A stretch of DNA of 38,449 nucleotides from Deltaproteobacteria bacterium (GTDB lineage: Bacteria > Desulfobacterota > UBA8473), in the NCBI GenBank assembly GCA_003599365.1, contig QZJR01000016.1, forward strand, positions 1 through 38,449, in the 5' to 3' direction. This document shows, piece by piece, positions 8,762-17,167 of this stretch. How positions within the stretch are numbered: the stretch's first letter is position 1; each line of letters starts with the position of its first letter. The notes beneath the pieces were generated by a model. It did no database searches. It worked only from the letters and a program-made list of their open reading frames with translations, and had not been told where the DNA came from. The position numbers and the translations under genes are program-made.

Positions 8762-10057
8762 TTACGGACTTACTTTCCCCAACTCGAGTCCCATAACGGG
8801 CTTTGGTGTCTTGAGGAAAAAGGTCAAAGCGCCGGCCAGTCCAAAACAGACGGCAGCGATTAAAAAAGGAACGACATAACTTCCGGTTATATCGTACACG
8901 AACCCTCCTATTAACGAACCAATAATAGCTCCGGTTCCGGCCATTGCCCAGAATATACCCATTATTTCCGTGAGATTTTTGTTCCCGAAATAGTTTCCTA
9001 TCAGTCCGGGAATCTGTGGGACCCTTGCCCCATAAAAGAAACCATAAAGGACAACAAATATAAGGAACATGTGTGAAGTTTTTATGAAAGGGAGCCAGAG
9101 GAGTGCAGCCGTTGAAAAAAAGGCAGCCACTATAAGGGATCTCTTTAATCCAAATAAATCCGAAAAAGCGCCTCCCAAAAGTCTTCCAACTATACTCATC
9201 CCGCCGATGAGTCCGAGACCGGTAGCGGCAGCCCCTTTGGGTATACCCATATTTATGGCGAAAGGTACTATATTGATCATGACAAGGTGCACTGGCAGGG
9301 CACAGAGTATCCAGATAGAACTCAATATATAGAATGTTTTGGTCCTTATAGCATCCTTAGTGATCCATTCCGCCATCTTTAGTGGGATGGTTTCCTCTGC
9401 TGTCGTAGTGTAGCCAACTTGTGGTTCCCCATCCAATCCGCCATGGAATTCTTCTTCTCCTAATGGACACAGACCGATATCCTCCGGTTTATCCACCATT
9501 GCCAGGGCAACCAGAGTGAGAATAGCCCATAAGAGCCCTCCAATGATAAAATAAGACGTTCGCCAGCCATAATGTGAAATTAAATAATTTGCCAGGGGGG
9601 CCGCAATGGGAGGGCCTGCACCGATACCGGAGACTGCGATACCTAAAGCCAACCCCTTCTTCTTTATAAACCACTTTTGAATGATTGAAGTGGGTAGAGC
9701 CGTAGTGGCGCCTACACCCAATGATGCGATAAGGTAAAACAGGTAGAATTGCCATAACTCCCTAACGATACCGCAAAGAAAGAAACCAAGACCCATAAAG
9801 AAGGCGCTCAAAAGAAACATTATCTTCGATCCGTATCTATCCGTCATCCTCCCTATTATTGGAATAGTAAGAATCATTACTGTCAGATGAAGAGAGTGTA
9901 TCGTGGAGATCAATCCGGCACTCCATCCAAATTCACTCTGCAAAGGCTTAAAGAACACCCCCAGAGAAAAGAAAAAACCATAACTGGATGCACTGATAAA
10001 GCAGCATATCGCTATTATCCAGCCATAAAAAAACTTTGGGTTATTTATCCTGTTCAC
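8762..10057 (-). CDS. MFS transporter (oxalate/formate-antiporter-like carboxylate transporter)
   Basis: ~12 TM segments and an OFA-like N-terminus 'FFYGWIIAICCFISASSYGFFFSLGVFFKPLQSEFGWS'. GTG start with a weak SD, so the start is uncertain. Confidence 0.85.
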   Translation of the reverse strand: MNRINNPKFFYGWIIAICCFISASSYGFFFSLGVFFKPLQSEFGWSAGLISTIHSLHLTVMILTIPIIGRMTDRYGSKIMFLLSAFFMGLGFFLCGIVRELWQFYLFYLIASLGVGATTALPTSIIQKWFIKKKGLALGIAVSGIGAGPPIAAPLANYLISHYGWRTSYFIIGGLLWAILTLVALAMVDKPEDIGLCPLGEEEFHGGLDGEPQVGYTTTAEETIPLKMAEWITKDAIRTKTFYILSSIWILCALPVHLVMINIVPFAINMGIPKGAAATGLGLIGGMSIVGRLLGGAFSDLFGLKRSLIVAAFFSTAALLWLPFIKTSHMFLIFVVLYGFFYGARVPQIPGLIGNYFGNKNLTEIMGIFWAMAGTGAIIGSLIGGFVYDITGSYVVPFLIAAVCFGLAGALTFFLKTPKPVMGLELGKVSP

Positions 10058-10156
10058 AATATATCCAAAATCCTTTCGTATCTCATCGTATTACCCCGGT
10101 ACATTATGCCATCACTGAATCACCACCTACAGGGAAAAACTTAAATAAATTGCGTG

Positions 10157-10182
10157 TCATTGCGAACGAAGTGAAGCAATCT
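10157..10182. repeat. Solo half-copy of the inner arm of the 4467-4620 element
   Basis: 'tcattgcgaacgaagtgaagcaatct' versus 'tcattgcgagcgaagcgaagcaatct' (24/26). No partner arm nearby. Confidence 0.5.
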
Positions 10183-10200
10183 CTTGGGAACATTCTCAGG

Positions 10201-10239
10201 AACCTCCTGATTTCCTCTTTTAGAGAGTTGCATGATAAA
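10201..10239 (-). other. ~40-nt relic resembling the 3' end of the MFS gene at 12156-13427
   Basis: 'aacctcctgatttcctcttttagagagttgcatgataaa' versus 12168-12208 'aacttcctgattccctcttttagagagtcgcaggatataaa' (4 mismatches plus a 2-nt indel). Intergenic, with no intact ORF. Confidence 0.35.
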
Positions 10240-10279
10240 AAAATCAAAGGCACTTGGAAGGACAAGAAGAACATTTGTC

Positions 10280-11077
10280 CTACTTGCCCCGAAAGACAGG
10301 TTTCCTCTTCTCCTTGAATGCCTTCTGTCCCTCCTTCAAATCCTCACTACTAAAGCACCGGTTGATAAGCTCCTCAGCCATGGCTTCGTCTTCCGGGGTA
10401 GGCATTGGTGAACTTACAGATTTATTGATGAGTATCTTAGCTCCGCTTACAGATAATGGAGCATTCTCTATTATCTCCCTGGCCAGATCATAGGTCGCTG
10501 ACAGAAGATCATCCTCTGATACCACGTAATTAACAAGCCCCATTTCTTTCGCCTTGTGTGCATCAACCATCCTTCCTGTAAGAAATAGTTCTTTTGCATT
10601 TGCCTCACCTACCAGATTGACGAATCGCCTATGCCCGCTAAAGGAATAAAGAACACCCAGTTTTGCCGGTGGCATGCCAAACTTTGCTTTATCAGAAGCT
10701 ATCCTGAGATCACACGTTGCAGCAAGTTCACAACCTGCTCCAAGGGTAAAGCCATTTACCATGGCAATAACAGGGTATCTATATTCAGAAATCACCTCAA
10801 GCCCCCTCAGCAATGGATTTATCTTTTTTAATGCTTCCATATCTTCCGGACTAATTCCTTTGGGAATATCGAAAATACTGTATCCTGAAGAAAATGCCTC
10901 GTTTCCGGCTCCACGGACGACAACAACTCTGGTTTCTTGATCATCATTTAAGGATTCCATAACCCTAATAAACTGAATTAACAGAGGGGGGGATAATGAA
11001 TTTCGTTTCTCGGGGCGGTTAAATACAATAGTACATATACGATCCTGCTTCTCAACTATTATTAACTTATCATCCAT
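10280..11077 (-). CDS. Crotonase-fold protein (enoyl-CoA hydratase/isomerase family) retaining only the first catalytic Glu
   Basis: 'FNRPEKRNS' and '[29 protein letters not shown]'. The second Glu position is Pro. SD 'aggagg' precedes the ATG at 11077. Confidence 0.9.
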   Translation of the reverse strand: MDDKLIIVEKQDRICTIVFNRPEKRNSLSPPLLIQFIRVMESLNDDQETRVVVVRGAGNEAFSSGYSIFDIPKGISPEDMEALKKINPLLRGLEVISEYRYPVIAMVNGFTLGAGCELAATCDLRIASDKAKFGMPPAKLGVLYSFSGHRRFVNLVGEANAKELFLTGRMVDAHKAKEMGLVNYVVSEDDLLSATYDLAREIIENAPLSVSGAKILINKSVSSPMPTPEDEAMAEELINRCFSSEDLKEGQKAFKEKRKPVFRGK

Positions 11078-11309
11078 TTAGTCCTCCTGCATGACCGAGC
11101 AGCATATTTAATTCCACGAAGCTGCCCGGATCCAGAAGTTTATCAATCCGTTCTCGGGCCGTTAACTTACCGGCATTATGAACCTCTTCTATTTTGTCTG
11201 GTCCTCCGCCGAGTTTTGCCTTTTCCTTAACCTCTCTTAATTGCTGAATCCTACCCTTACCTTGTCCTCCCACAATCTCCTCCTTTTCCTTCACATCGTT
11301 CAACCCCAC
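11070..11309 (-). pseudogene. N-terminal relic (79 codons) of an acyl-CoA carboxylase carboxyltransferase (PccB/MmdA-like)
   Basis: '[45 protein letters not shown]' matches the conserved N-terminus of ~510-aa carboxyltransferases. The frame ends after ~79 codons inside the SD/start of the next crotonase. GTG start with no SD. Confidence 0.6.
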
Positions 11310-11354
11310 CCTGTAACAGGCCAGCTTGATCCCTTGAATCCTTTTAATATCTTC

Positions 11355-12131
11355 TTACCTGCCGGTAAAGGTCGGTTTTCGTTTTTCCAGCATAGCCATT
11401 ACGCCTTCTCCGGCATCCTCACTCTGATTCACTTCATCTGCCAGGGCTCTTAACTCAGATTCAATTTGAGGATCGATCCCATGGCGCTCCAGAAGTTTGT
11501 TAATAGTCAATTTGGTAGCCTTCATAGCCAGTGGAGCATTTTCTTCAGCCAACTCCTTTGCCATGGAATAGGTGGTCTTAATCAGTTGATCAGAAGAAAC
11601 CACCTGACTGACAAGCCCTATCTCCAGTGCCCGTTTCGCATCTACAAGTTTTCCTGCCAAGAGCAGCTCTTTTGCCGCCGCTATACCCACCAAACTGAGG
11701 AGTCGGTTAATTGCGGTATAATAATAAATCCTTCCAAGCTTAACCAGGGTCGCGCCAAATCTGGCCCCTTCCGACGCTATCCTGAAATCCGAGATAACAG
11801 ATATGTCCAGCCCGGCCCCGATGGCCGGCCCGGAGATCATGGCTATGATAGGAGATGGATAACTAATCAGGTTATTGAGACAGTGCTCCAATCCCTTTAT
11901 GGTCTTTTCAATGGATTCAGATCCGCCGGAAAGGTCTACCCCTGAAGAAAAGATATTGTCTCCTGCTCCCCTTATTACAACCACTCGAATATTATTATCC
12001 TCCTTTAAATCACTGAGAATATCTCCCATGCTAAATAGTGCGTCTGCATTTAAGGCATTCCTTTTCTCAGGTCTGTTGATGGAAAGGGTAGTAATATAAC
12101 CATCATCTTCCCTTAAAATTTCTTCTACCAT
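11355..12131 (-). CDS. Crotonase-fold protein lacking both canonical hydratase glutamates
   Basis: 'INRPEKRNAL' and 'GAGLDISVISDFRIASEGARFGATLVKLG' (Glu1 to Asp, Glu2 to Leu). SD 'aaggagg'. Confidence 0.9.
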   Translation of the reverse strand: MVEEILREDDGYITTLSINRPEKRNALNADALFSMGDILSDLKEDNNIRVVVIRGAGDNIFSSGVDLSGGSESIEKTIKGLEHCLNNLISYPSPIIAMISGPAIGAGLDISVISDFRIASEGARFGATLVKLGRIYYYTAINRLLSLVGIAAAKELLLAGKLVDAKRALEIGLVSQVVSSDQLIKTTYSMAKELAEENAPLAMKATKLTINKLLERHGIDPQIESELRALADEVNQSEDAGEGVMAMLEKRKPTFTGR

Positions 12132-12155
12132 ACTTCCTCCTTTGCTAATTCTGTT

Positions 12156-13427
12156 TTAACCCACATAAACTTCCTGATTCCCTCTTTTAGAGAGTCGCAG
12201 GATATAAAGAAAACCAACGGTGCTTAAAAGGGCAAGAACAGCAATTAATAGCCAACTCCAATAATAGCCAACGCTGTCAGCAATATACCCAAAGACAGGG
12301 GGGCCTATTATGATCCCTATCCACGCAATGGTTACGAGAATGCCCATGATTGATCCGGCCAGTTCCTTGCCTGCCAGCTCTGCGGCCAGGGTTATCAAAA
12401 CAGCGTTCCAACCTATAAAGGTACCTCCCATGAGAATTGACCAAAAGAAAGACAACCAGAGGGGAGAGCCTTTTGATAAGAAAGCCGTTCCAAGTGCACC
12501 GATGAAAGCGATAACCGATAAAATAACTATCGGTATCATTCTGTCTCCGGCAAATAACCGATCACTAATGATACCCCAACCGATCCTGCCCACTGACCCA
12601 GCTATCATTGCAGCAGTCAGACAACCTCCGGCAAGCCCCACTGAAAAGTTTAACTCCTCTTCCAGGTAAAGCACAAGGAACGAGGCAATACCGGTTTGCC
12701 CAAAGGCCATTAGCGGAGTTATAAGGCATAATATTAGAAGAACAGGATTTGACATTACCTTTAGCAGGGATCCCTCTTTTTGGCCTTTTTTCGATGTGGA
12801 TGCCACATTGGATGCCCCTTCAGCGGGGAGAACAGGACGCTCCTTATAAAATATCAGGGACAAAAAAGCCATAACAAGCATCAATATACCAATGACCAAA
12901 ACTCCCAACCTCCAGCTATATGCCACAGTCAGGGCAGGGAGTAAAACAGCAACGATAGCACCCCCTAGAGTAACCCCTGTCTGTTTTATACCCATCGCGG
13001 TGGCCCTGAACCTGGCAGAAAACCAGTACATAATACCTTTGGTCGAAATTTGATTTATCATTCCATAGCCCAGACCGCCAACTGCAGCAAAAACTATGAA
13101 AAACAGATAGTTTTTTGCCAACGCCATAATAGCAAAAGGTATCCCCATTATAATCAGACTGATAATGAGCATAATCCGAGCGCCCAACTTATCTACGGCT
13201 ATTCCGGAAGGTATGGCTATTATAACCGATGCGAAATACAGCACCGAGGTAATAGTTCCGATCTGGGCCCGGCTGAGGTTAAATTCATCTCTAAGAACCG
13301 GAGCCAGCGGACCCCATGTATAAGCACCCATGGACATAACCAACTGGGCCACAGTTAAAATGCCCAAGATTATCCACCCATAACTATTTTGATTCTCTTG
13401 AGTGATACTGGTATCAGGGTCTGTCAT
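12156..13427 (-). CDS. MFS transporter
   Basis: 12 predicted TM segments, ATG with SD 'aaggag'. Sits directly downstream of the tandem mutase genes. Confidence 0.85.
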   Translation of the reverse strand: MTDPDTSITQENQNSYGWIILGILTVAQLVMSMGAYTWGPLAPVLRDEFNLSRAQIGTITSVLYFASVIIAIPSGIAVDKLGARIMLIISLIIMGIPFAIMALAKNYLFFIVFAAVGGLGYGMINQISTKGIMYWFSARFRATAMGIKQTGVTLGGAIVAVLLPALTVAYSWRLGVLVIGILMLVMAFLSLIFYKERPVLPAEGASNVASTSKKGQKEGSLLKVMSNPVLLILCLITPLMAFGQTGIASFLVLYLEEELNFSVGLAGGCLTAAMIAGSVGRIGWGIISDRLFAGDRMIPIVILSVIAFIGALGTAFLSKGSPLWLSFFWSILMGGTFIGWNAVLITLAAELAGKELAGSIMGILVTIAWIGIIIGPPVFGYIADSVGYYWSWLLIAVLALLSTVGFLYILRLSKRGNQEVYVG

Positions 13428-13460
13428 CTCTTAACTCCTTAAAAGATAATTGTCATTATT

Positions 13461-15197
13461 CTAAACAAACGAATCCATCTGCCACTCACCAAATACGCCT
13501 CTCAAAACATCACACTGTTCTTGAAGGGTAGCGTATTCTCTTGCCAGATTAACAAAAAGAGGCATCAGGTTCTCATCGTCCTTTTTGGCAGCCCTTTCCA
13601 ACTCTCCAAGAAGCCTCGTTACTTCCCGGTTGTTCCTTGTACGTTTGACTTCAGCAAGGTTAGCCTTCTGCTTTTTCTCGGCATCATACCTCTTCTCTTC
13701 AGAATACGGATGCTCAACCATCTTGCTGGTGGTCACATCCAGCTCGTATTCCTCTGTGAAACAGTTCACTCCAACTATGATATCTTCTCTTTTCTCTATC
13801 CTGGACTGACGTTCAGCAGCGCTCTTTGCAATCGAGCGTTGCATATACCCGTTCTCAATAGCAGCCACAGATCCACCTATCCCCTCGACTTTTTCCAGTT
13901 CTTTCCATGCTGCTTCCTCTATTTCATTGGTCAATGACTCTACATAGTAAGACCCGGCCAGAGGATCTAAAACATCGCACATCCCTGTCTCATACATGAG
14001 AATCCTTGTTGCATCCTCTGCAAGCTGCCTTGCTTCCAAACTCCAACCCAATCCCAGCGGCTCATCATACGGCGGGAAGGCCAATGGCGGACCTCCCGAA
14101 AGAACACCGGCTACTGCGCCTATTACTGAGCGGGTAAGATTGTTCAGTGCCCGTTGTTTGGTGGTGGTACTGATACCACTATAGGCTGTGTATTGGCTTC
14201 GGATTCTCATGCTTTCGGATTTCTTTGCACCGAATCTTTCCTTGAGAATCTTAGCCCACATACGGCGAGACGCCCTATGGAAAGCGATCTCCTTGAAAAA
14301 CTCCATACTACCACCAAAACCTACAAAGGAAAACCTGGGGGCAAAGGCATCAATATTGAGTCCTGCATTTATCCCTTCCTGTAAATAAGCAATCCCGTTA
14401 GCCATAGTGAATGCCAATTCCTGCTCTCTTGTGGCTCCTCCCTCACGGATATGAGCACCGCCAAAGCCGTTTATATTCATCGCCGGAAGACTCTCCGTAA
14501 AGAAGACCAGACTGTCTCGAAACATACGCATGGAAGGCCTCGGAGGGAATATGTAGGTGCCGCGGGAAATAAACTCCTTTAGTATGTCATTCTGGGGGGT
14601 ACCCTTCAACTTTGCCAGTGATATACCCCTCTTCTCTGCAAGAGCCACATACATGGCAACCAGGATATTTGCAGGGGCATTTATCGTCATGTTTGTAGCG
14701 ATCTTGTCCAGATCCAGATTGCCTGTAAATGCCTCAAATATAACCTCAAAATCCCGCAAGGTGTCTACTGCCACACCCACCTTACCTATCTCTCCTTCAA
14801 CTATCTCATTATCCGAATCATAGCCGCACTGGGTAGGAAGATCTAACGCCAGGTTGGGCCCGCCTGTATACATTAATTTCGCCATTAATCTGTAGTAATC
14901 CCTGGTGTCTTCCGGGGTTCCATATCCGGAATATGTTCCTGCCCTTCTCAACCCCCCAGGCTTTGCACCTTTTTCAAGTCTTGGTACAAGATTTACCGGA
15001 TAAGAGGCTGCCGTCAATGGATATTGCCCAGGGAAACCCACATCCCGTAAGAAATCAAAGTCCGGTATGTCTAAAGGCGTATGGAATTCTGTCGGCCTTT
15101 TTTCTATACCAAACCTCTTGGCCGCAGGCAACAACGCCTTCTCCTCCCATTCCTCCTTCTTCTCTTTTATCTCAGCCAATTTATCTTTATTATCCAT
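13461..15197 (-). CDS. Acyl-CoA mutase large (catalytic, B12-dependent) subunit, divergent paralog 1 (578 aa, no fused B12 domain)
   Basis: MCM-family core: 'GTPQNDILKEFISRGTYIFPP', 'HIREGGATREQELAF', 'DPLAGSYYVESLT'. The N-terminal signature diverges ('FPGQYPLTAAS' in place of '..TRG'). Confidence 0.9.
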   Translation of the reverse strand: MDNKDKLAEIKEKKEEWEEKALLPAAKRFGIEKRPTEFHTPLDIPDFDFLRDVGFPGQYPLTAASYPVNLVPRLEKGAKPGGLRRAGTYSGYGTPEDTRDYYRLMAKLMYTGGPNLALDLPTQCGYDSDNEIVEGEIGKVGVAVDTLRDFEVIFEAFTGNLDLDKIATNMTINAPANILVAMYVALAEKRGISLAKLKGTPQNDILKEFISRGTYIFPPRPSMRMFRDSLVFFTESLPAMNINGFGGAHIREGGATREQELAFTMANGIAYLQEGINAGLNIDAFAPRFSFVGFGGSMEFFKEIAFHRASRRMWAKILKERFGAKKSESMRIRSQYTAYSGISTTTKQRALNNLTRSVIGAVAGVLSGGPPLAFPPYDEPLGLGWSLEARQLAEDATRILMYETGMCDVLDPLAGSYYVESLTNEIEEAAWKELEKVEGIGGSVAAIENGYMQRSIAKSAAERQSRIEKREDIIVGVNCFTEEYELDVTTSKMVEHPYSEEKRYDAEKKQKANLAEVKRTRNNREVTRLLGELERAAKKDDENLMPLFVNLAREYATLQEQCDVLRGVFGEWQMDSFV

Positions 15198-15252
15198 GAT
15201 AAGTCTACCTCCCTATCTCAGTTGATAAAACATGGTTGTCATTATTCTAAAC

Positions 15253-15380
15253 GTAACTATTCAGGCAGGCACAAAGGCACAGAGCACCAAAGGCACAAAG
15301 TAGGAAAAAACAATGAGACGACCCTGCTCCGCTCTGCTTTGTACCTATGTGCCTTTGCCACTTTGTGCCTGAGTAGTTAC
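15253..15380. mobile_element. 128-bp MITE with terminal inverted repeats and an 8-bp target-site duplication
   Basis: TIRs are 'gtaactattcaggcaggcacaaag' (left) and the reverse complement of the right end, 'gtaactactcaggcacaaag'. Flanking direct repeats are 'ttctaaac' (15245-15252) and 'ttctagac' (15381-15388). The paralogous empty site at 13451-13470 reads 'tgtcattattctaaacaaac'. Confidence 0.7.
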
Positions 15381-15382
15381 TT

Positions 15383-17119
15383 CTAGACAAACGTATCCAA
15401 CTGCCACTCACCAAACACACCTCTTAAAACATCGCATTGCTCTTGAAGGGTCGCATACTCCCTTGCCAGATTAATGAAAAGGGGCATCAGGTTCTCATCT
15501 TCCTTTTTAGCAGCACTCTCCAATTCTTTCAGAAGCCTCGTAACCTCCCGGTTATTCCTTGTCCGCTTCACCTCAGCCAGATTGGCCTTCTGCTTTTTCT
15601 CGGCATCATACCTCTTCTCTTCAGAATACGGATGCTCAATGATCTTACTGGTGGTTACATCGAGCTCATATTCCTCTGTAAAACAATTCACCCCTACAAT
15701 AAGTTCCTCTCTCCTCTCTATCCTGGCCTGACGCTCGGCAGCGCTCCTTGCACATTCGCGCTGCATATACCCGTTTTCTATTGCCGTCACGGCACCCCCT
15801 ATCCCTTCGATCTTCTCCAGCCCTTTCCACGCAGCATCCTCTATTTCGTTGGTCAATGATTCCACATAGTAAGACCCGGCCAGAGGGTCTATAACATCGC
15901 ACATCCCCGTCTCATACATGACAATCCTTGTGGCATCCTCGGCCAGTTGTCTCGCTTCTAAACTCCAGCCCAACCCCAGCGGTTCATCATATGGTGGAAA
16001 TGCCATTGGCGAACCTCCGGAGAGAACTCCAGCTATTGCCCCTACCACAGAACGGGAAAGGTTGTTCAGCGCCCGCTGCTTGGTGGTGCTGCTGCAACCA
16101 ATATGAGCTGAGAGAGGACACCGGATCCTCATACTATCCTGCTTCTTTGCACCGAACCTTTCTTTAAGAATCTTTGCCCACATACGGCGAGCTGCCCTCT
16201 GAAAGGCTACCTCCTTAAAAAGCTGCATGCTCCCCCCAAACCCATTGAAGGTAAACTTGGGGGCAAAGGCGTCAATATCGACCCCTGCATTCACACCCTC
16301 CTGCAAATAGGCAATCCCTATGGCCATACTAAAGGCCAGCTCCTGTTCCCGAGTAGCTCCCCCTTCACGAATATGATACCCACCGATACTGGTTATGTTT
16401 ACCCCTGGAAGATTCTCAGTAAAGAAGACCACGCTGTCTCGAAACATCCGCATAGAAGGTCTCGGAGGAAATATGTAGGTGCCCCTGGAAACAAACTCTT
16501 TTAGTATGTCATTCTGGGGTGTACACCTTAGTTTTGCCATGTTTATGCCCCTCTTTTCAGCCAGGGCTATGTACATGGCAACCAGGATATTTGCAGCGGC
16601 ACTGATGGTTATGTTCGTGGCTATCCTGTCCAGATCCTGCTCTCCTGTAAATGCCTCATAAATAACCTCAAAATCCCGCAAGGTATCTATCGCGACCCCC
16701 ACCTTGCCTACTTCCCCTTCGACCGTCTCATTATCCGAATCATAACCGCACTGGGTAGGGAGATCTAATGCCAGGTTGGGACCGCCTGTATACATTATCT
16801 TCGCCATCTGCTTATAGTAATCCCTGGTATCTTCCGGAGTGCCATAGCCGGAATATGTCCCTGCCCTTTTCAACCCCCCAGGCTTTGCACCCTTTTCAAT
16901 CCGAGGCACAAGACTTATTGGATAAGCTGATGGGGTAAACGGATATTGCCCCGGAAAACCAACATCACGCTCAAAGTCAAAATCCGCTATATCCAAAGGC
17001 GTATAGAATTCCGTCGGACTTTTCTCTATACCGAACCTCTTGGCTGAGGGCATCAATACCTTCTCTTCCCATTCCTTCCTCTTCTCTTTTATCTCACTCA
17101 ATTTATCTTTATTATCCAT
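15383..17119 (-). CDS. Acyl-CoA mutase large subunit, divergent paralog 2 (578 aa), tandem duplicate of 13461-15197
   Basis: Collinear with paralog 1 with no indels (constant 1922-nt offset), roughly 80-85% aa identity by eye. 'CTPQNDILKEFVSRGTYIFPP' and 'GGYHIREGGAT'. Confidence 0.9.
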   Translation of the reverse strand: MDNKDKLSEIKEKRKEWEEKVLMPSAKRFGIEKSPTEFYTPLDIADFDFERDVGFPGQYPFTPSAYPISLVPRIEKGAKPGGLKRAGTYSGYGTPEDTRDYYKQMAKIMYTGGPNLALDLPTQCGYDSDNETVEGEVGKVGVAIDTLRDFEVIYEAFTGEQDLDRIATNITISAAANILVAMYIALAEKRGINMAKLRCTPQNDILKEFVSRGTYIFPPRPSMRMFRDSVVFFTENLPGVNITSIGGYHIREGGATREQELAFSMAIGIAYLQEGVNAGVDIDAFAPKFTFNGFGGSMQLFKEVAFQRAARRMWAKILKERFGAKKQDSMRIRCPLSAHIGCSSTTKQRALNNLSRSVVGAIAGVLSGGSPMAFPPYDEPLGLGWSLEARQLAEDATRIVMYETGMCDVIDPLAGSYYVESLTNEIEDAAWKGLEKIEGIGGAVTAIENGYMQRECARSAAERQARIERREELIVGVNCFTEEYELDVTTSKIIEHPYSEEKRYDAEKKQKANLAEVKRTRNNREVTRLLKELESAAKKEDENLMPLFINLAREYATLQEQCDVLRGVFGEWQLDTFV

Positions 17120-17167
17120 GATACCTTTACCTCCCCCTAAACCTGAAATATTTCCAGCCAGAACTTT

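Noticed and set aside
9887-10317. Plus-strand ORFs 9887-10144 and 10036-10317 in the MFS/crotonase intergenic region.
   Set aside because: They run through a repeat half-copy and a gene relic, have no SD, and overlap the ends of real minus-strand genes.
15253-15380. Possible CRISPR or other spaced-repeat array, from the repeated 'ggcacaaag' units here and the 'tagactattagcct' units at 35016-35060.
   Set aside because: The units are 9-14 bp, contiguous or inverted, without unique spacers of CRISPR size. No cas genes are present. A MITE or tandem repeat explains them better.
15081-15386. 101-aa plus-strand ORF spanning the gap between the tandem mutase genes.
   Set aside because: Its sequence is the MITE (15253-15380) plus antisense of the mutase 5' end. 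Translation of the repeat units gives 'KGTEHQRHKV', which is not a real gene.
13461-17119. The tandem 578-aa mutase genes as an assembly duplication artefact.
   Set aside because: The copies differ at roughly 15-20% of nucleotide positions. Both have intact frames, the differences are patchy rather than random, and a MITE is present in only one junction. This is a genuine paralogous pair.
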